From Laetmonice hystrix (taxonomy: Eukaryota), in the NCBI GenBank assembly GCA_965235115.1, contig OZ249436.1, positions 20,338,001 through 20,402,000 on the forward strand: 64,000 nucleotides of DNA. The letters run 5' to 3'. The notes beneath the pieces are model-generated. The model searched no databases. It had not been told where the DNA came from and was given only the letters and a program-made list of their open reading frames with translations. This document shows, piece by piece, positions 61,970 through 64,000 of the stretch. Position 1 is the stretch's first letter. Every line of letters starts with the position of its first letter. The position numbers and the translations under genes are program-made.

Positions 61970-63750
61970 CCTACGTGCGACTTATCATTCCCGTCCAAAT
62001 CAAGATTTGACAACTATAGGCCGTTACATACATCCAATGCCTACCTATGAACACTTTTTGTCGAGCACTTTGTCGAACTTGTCTGACAGGCACTTGGTTC
62101 TGAGATCACTTTAAACATCCGCGGCGCCATCTATGGAGAAAAACATTGACCAAAAGAACGTGATGTTTTGCAGATTAAGCCTGGAAATAGAGGGTGAATT
62201 TATATACCATTCGGTGGGGTTGTAATTTATGACGTAGTTGATATTTTCTTTGGTTGGTGACTATTTCAATGACGACTACGACCATCGCTACACAGATTCG
62301 ATCTGCAACATCACGCTGTAGTCTTTTTACATTTTGCGATGTGTCATTGATTTCATCTCCACCGCTTTTGGAATAGGCCTAATCTAATTCAACCGGCTTT
62401 TAAAAACTCTACATGTGTCCATATAAAGATCTTTCACACTCGTGAGCTTGTACGTACCTTTCCTGAAACAAATATAGACAATGCTCAACGTAATTGTGAG
62501 AAAGATCGATATTGATGGCCACGAGTTCTACGGTTACACCAAGCCATTAACAGTGTTTCACAGGCTAGAGATCCGAAAAGGCCTGTTTCGTGAAACATGA
62601 CTCGGTAATTTGCAAACATTGCATTCTAAAATTCACTTAAATCCCGAAGTGTCAAAATCCGAGCTTATCCTCAGTCCAAATTTTGAAGGAGGGAGTTGGT
62701 TGACAGTCTTAGTGCTCAAACTCGCTGTCCAAATTAGATCTAGGCAATGTCATCAGTATACACACTTGATTCCAAAATAAACCACCTGCACTTGGCAAAA
62801 AGTCACAGTACGCCACATAACTGGCTAAATGTGGGCAAAGAGCAAATAATCCATCCAGTCGGGGGTAAAGATTAGATAATTTGACAGCCTTGGATGTATT
62901 TAACCACGTGTGCATACGTAAAGATCGGTCGACAGTTTTGTTTATATTACAAGACCACACATTTTGACAGTCTAAGTAAACCACATCGCTAAAATCAGCT
63001 TATACATGTATTTGGCAACCTTGGTTGCGCTGGAGAATCACCTGTGTCTAGGGCAAAGATCAATTATCACCAATACATGTATGTGCATGTCCCGTTACGC
63101 CTGTCTGACGCAACTGGGAGATATTAGGGATCTTTGATTATCCCAAAACTGTATCATATATGCAACATTTGTAAAAACATTCAAAAGTTCCGCACGTTTC
63201 ACGAAATGAAATGGTCGGAAAATGTACGCGATGGAGGAAAATACCCGCACGCGAAATGGCACATAAAATTAACGGTGTTCGGTATTATACCCGTTACTTG
63301 CCTAAAGTTAAGGAATGCACCATTTGAACTACTCGTACATGGGGCAAATATCAGACACTTGAGGCTGAATCACCTGTATCGGGACAAGGGTGGGGGGTGG
63401 GTATTTGGGGTTTTACGCCTTGCAACAGCCAGGGTCATATCACGGCGGTGAAGATGAGATGAAAGTCAGTTTTTCTTGGTGGAGGAAACCGGAGTACCCG
63501 GAGGAAACCACCGACCTTCGGGAAGGAACTGACTGACAAACCTTTCACACATGCAGCCCAGGCCGGGAATCGAACCCGGGTCGCAGCGGTGTGAGGCGAT
63601 GGTCCGAGGTGTCATGATGGAGCCGACACCTTAGACCACTCGGCCACCCGAGGCCCCGTATCGGGACAAAGATTGACATTTGACAGTTGTATCAGAGAAC
63701 CTCATGTGCATGAAGCCATAAGAAAACATTGTGGCAGCCTGGGCTGTCTC
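61970..63750 (-). pseudogene. Decayed Toll-like receptor relic E (C-terminal part; may continue beyond the window)
   Basis: GAFLNFRQVTGI (~63290-63325); LRRCT-like VYLDCQNVWSCN..HTWLNTSKAVKL..LCPHL..CDFLPS (62790-62984); TIR-end-like VLLVNVFL and RQKVFIGRHW..LIWTGM (61980-62160). Confidence 0.58.
63388..63657 (-). mobile_element. Full-length tRNA-derived SINE (V-domain-like centre) with 12-bp TSD
   Basis: Minus strand: A box TGGCCGAGTGG, B box GGTTCGATTCCC, central GGTTTCCTCCGGGTACTCCGGTTTCCTCCACC; TSD GTATCGGGACAA at 63376-63387 and 63658-63669. Confidence 0.92.
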
Positions 63751-63767
63751 AGTCAAGTTTTCTTAAA

Positions 63768-63978
63768 AACAGCCTTGGCTGTTTTAGTAAACCACCTGTT
63801 TGTGGGTAAAAAATTAATATCACACAGCTTTGGCCGTGTTTCCAAACCACCTGTGTATGGGTAAAGATTAAATATTACACAGCTTTGGCCGTGTTTTCAA
63901 ACCACCTGTGTGTGGGTAAAGATTAAATATTACACAGCCTTGGCCGTGTTTTCAAACCACCTGTTTATGGGTAAAGAT
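63768..63978. repeat. Minisatellite, ~55-bp unit, ~4 copies
   Basis: ACAGCTTTGGCCGTGTTTTCAAACCACCTGT.. repeated. Confidence 0.9.
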
Positions 63979-64000
63979 GTGGGCAAAGAGTCAGTTGAAC

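Noticed and set aside
63560..63657. tRNA gene
   Set aside because: The A/B boxes belong to a SINE head followed by a SINE body, tail and TSD; no complete cloverleaf

Overview
This is eukaryotic, repeat-rich genomic DNA that looks like an invertebrate animal: spliced exons, a tRNA-derived SINE, many MITEs and minisatellites. I see no prokaryotic operon, CRISPR array, rRNA or true tRNA gene. One intact-looking gene is supported: a 3-coding-exon + strand gene (52781-56030) encoding about 188 aa with two transmembrane helices and a Pro-rich tail carrying two PPxY motifs. The least obvious signal, largely invisible in the ORF track, is a co-oriented set of about five heavily decayed Toll-like-receptor-like relics on the minus strand (about 17.1-21.9, 23.2-26.6, 26.8-29.3, 39.5-44.9 and 62.0-63.8 kb). 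I recognised them by hand-translating LRRNT/LRR/LRRCT/TM/TIR-like motifs in the correct order across stops and frameshifts; this needs HMM confirmation. The rest is mostly non-autonomous DNA transposons (TTAA, TA, 3-, 5- and 6-bp target-site duplications). They include a satellite-bearing foldback element nested in a deleted mariner-like element, and several carry internal satellite arrays. Most long ORFs in the track are artefacts of tandem repeats.
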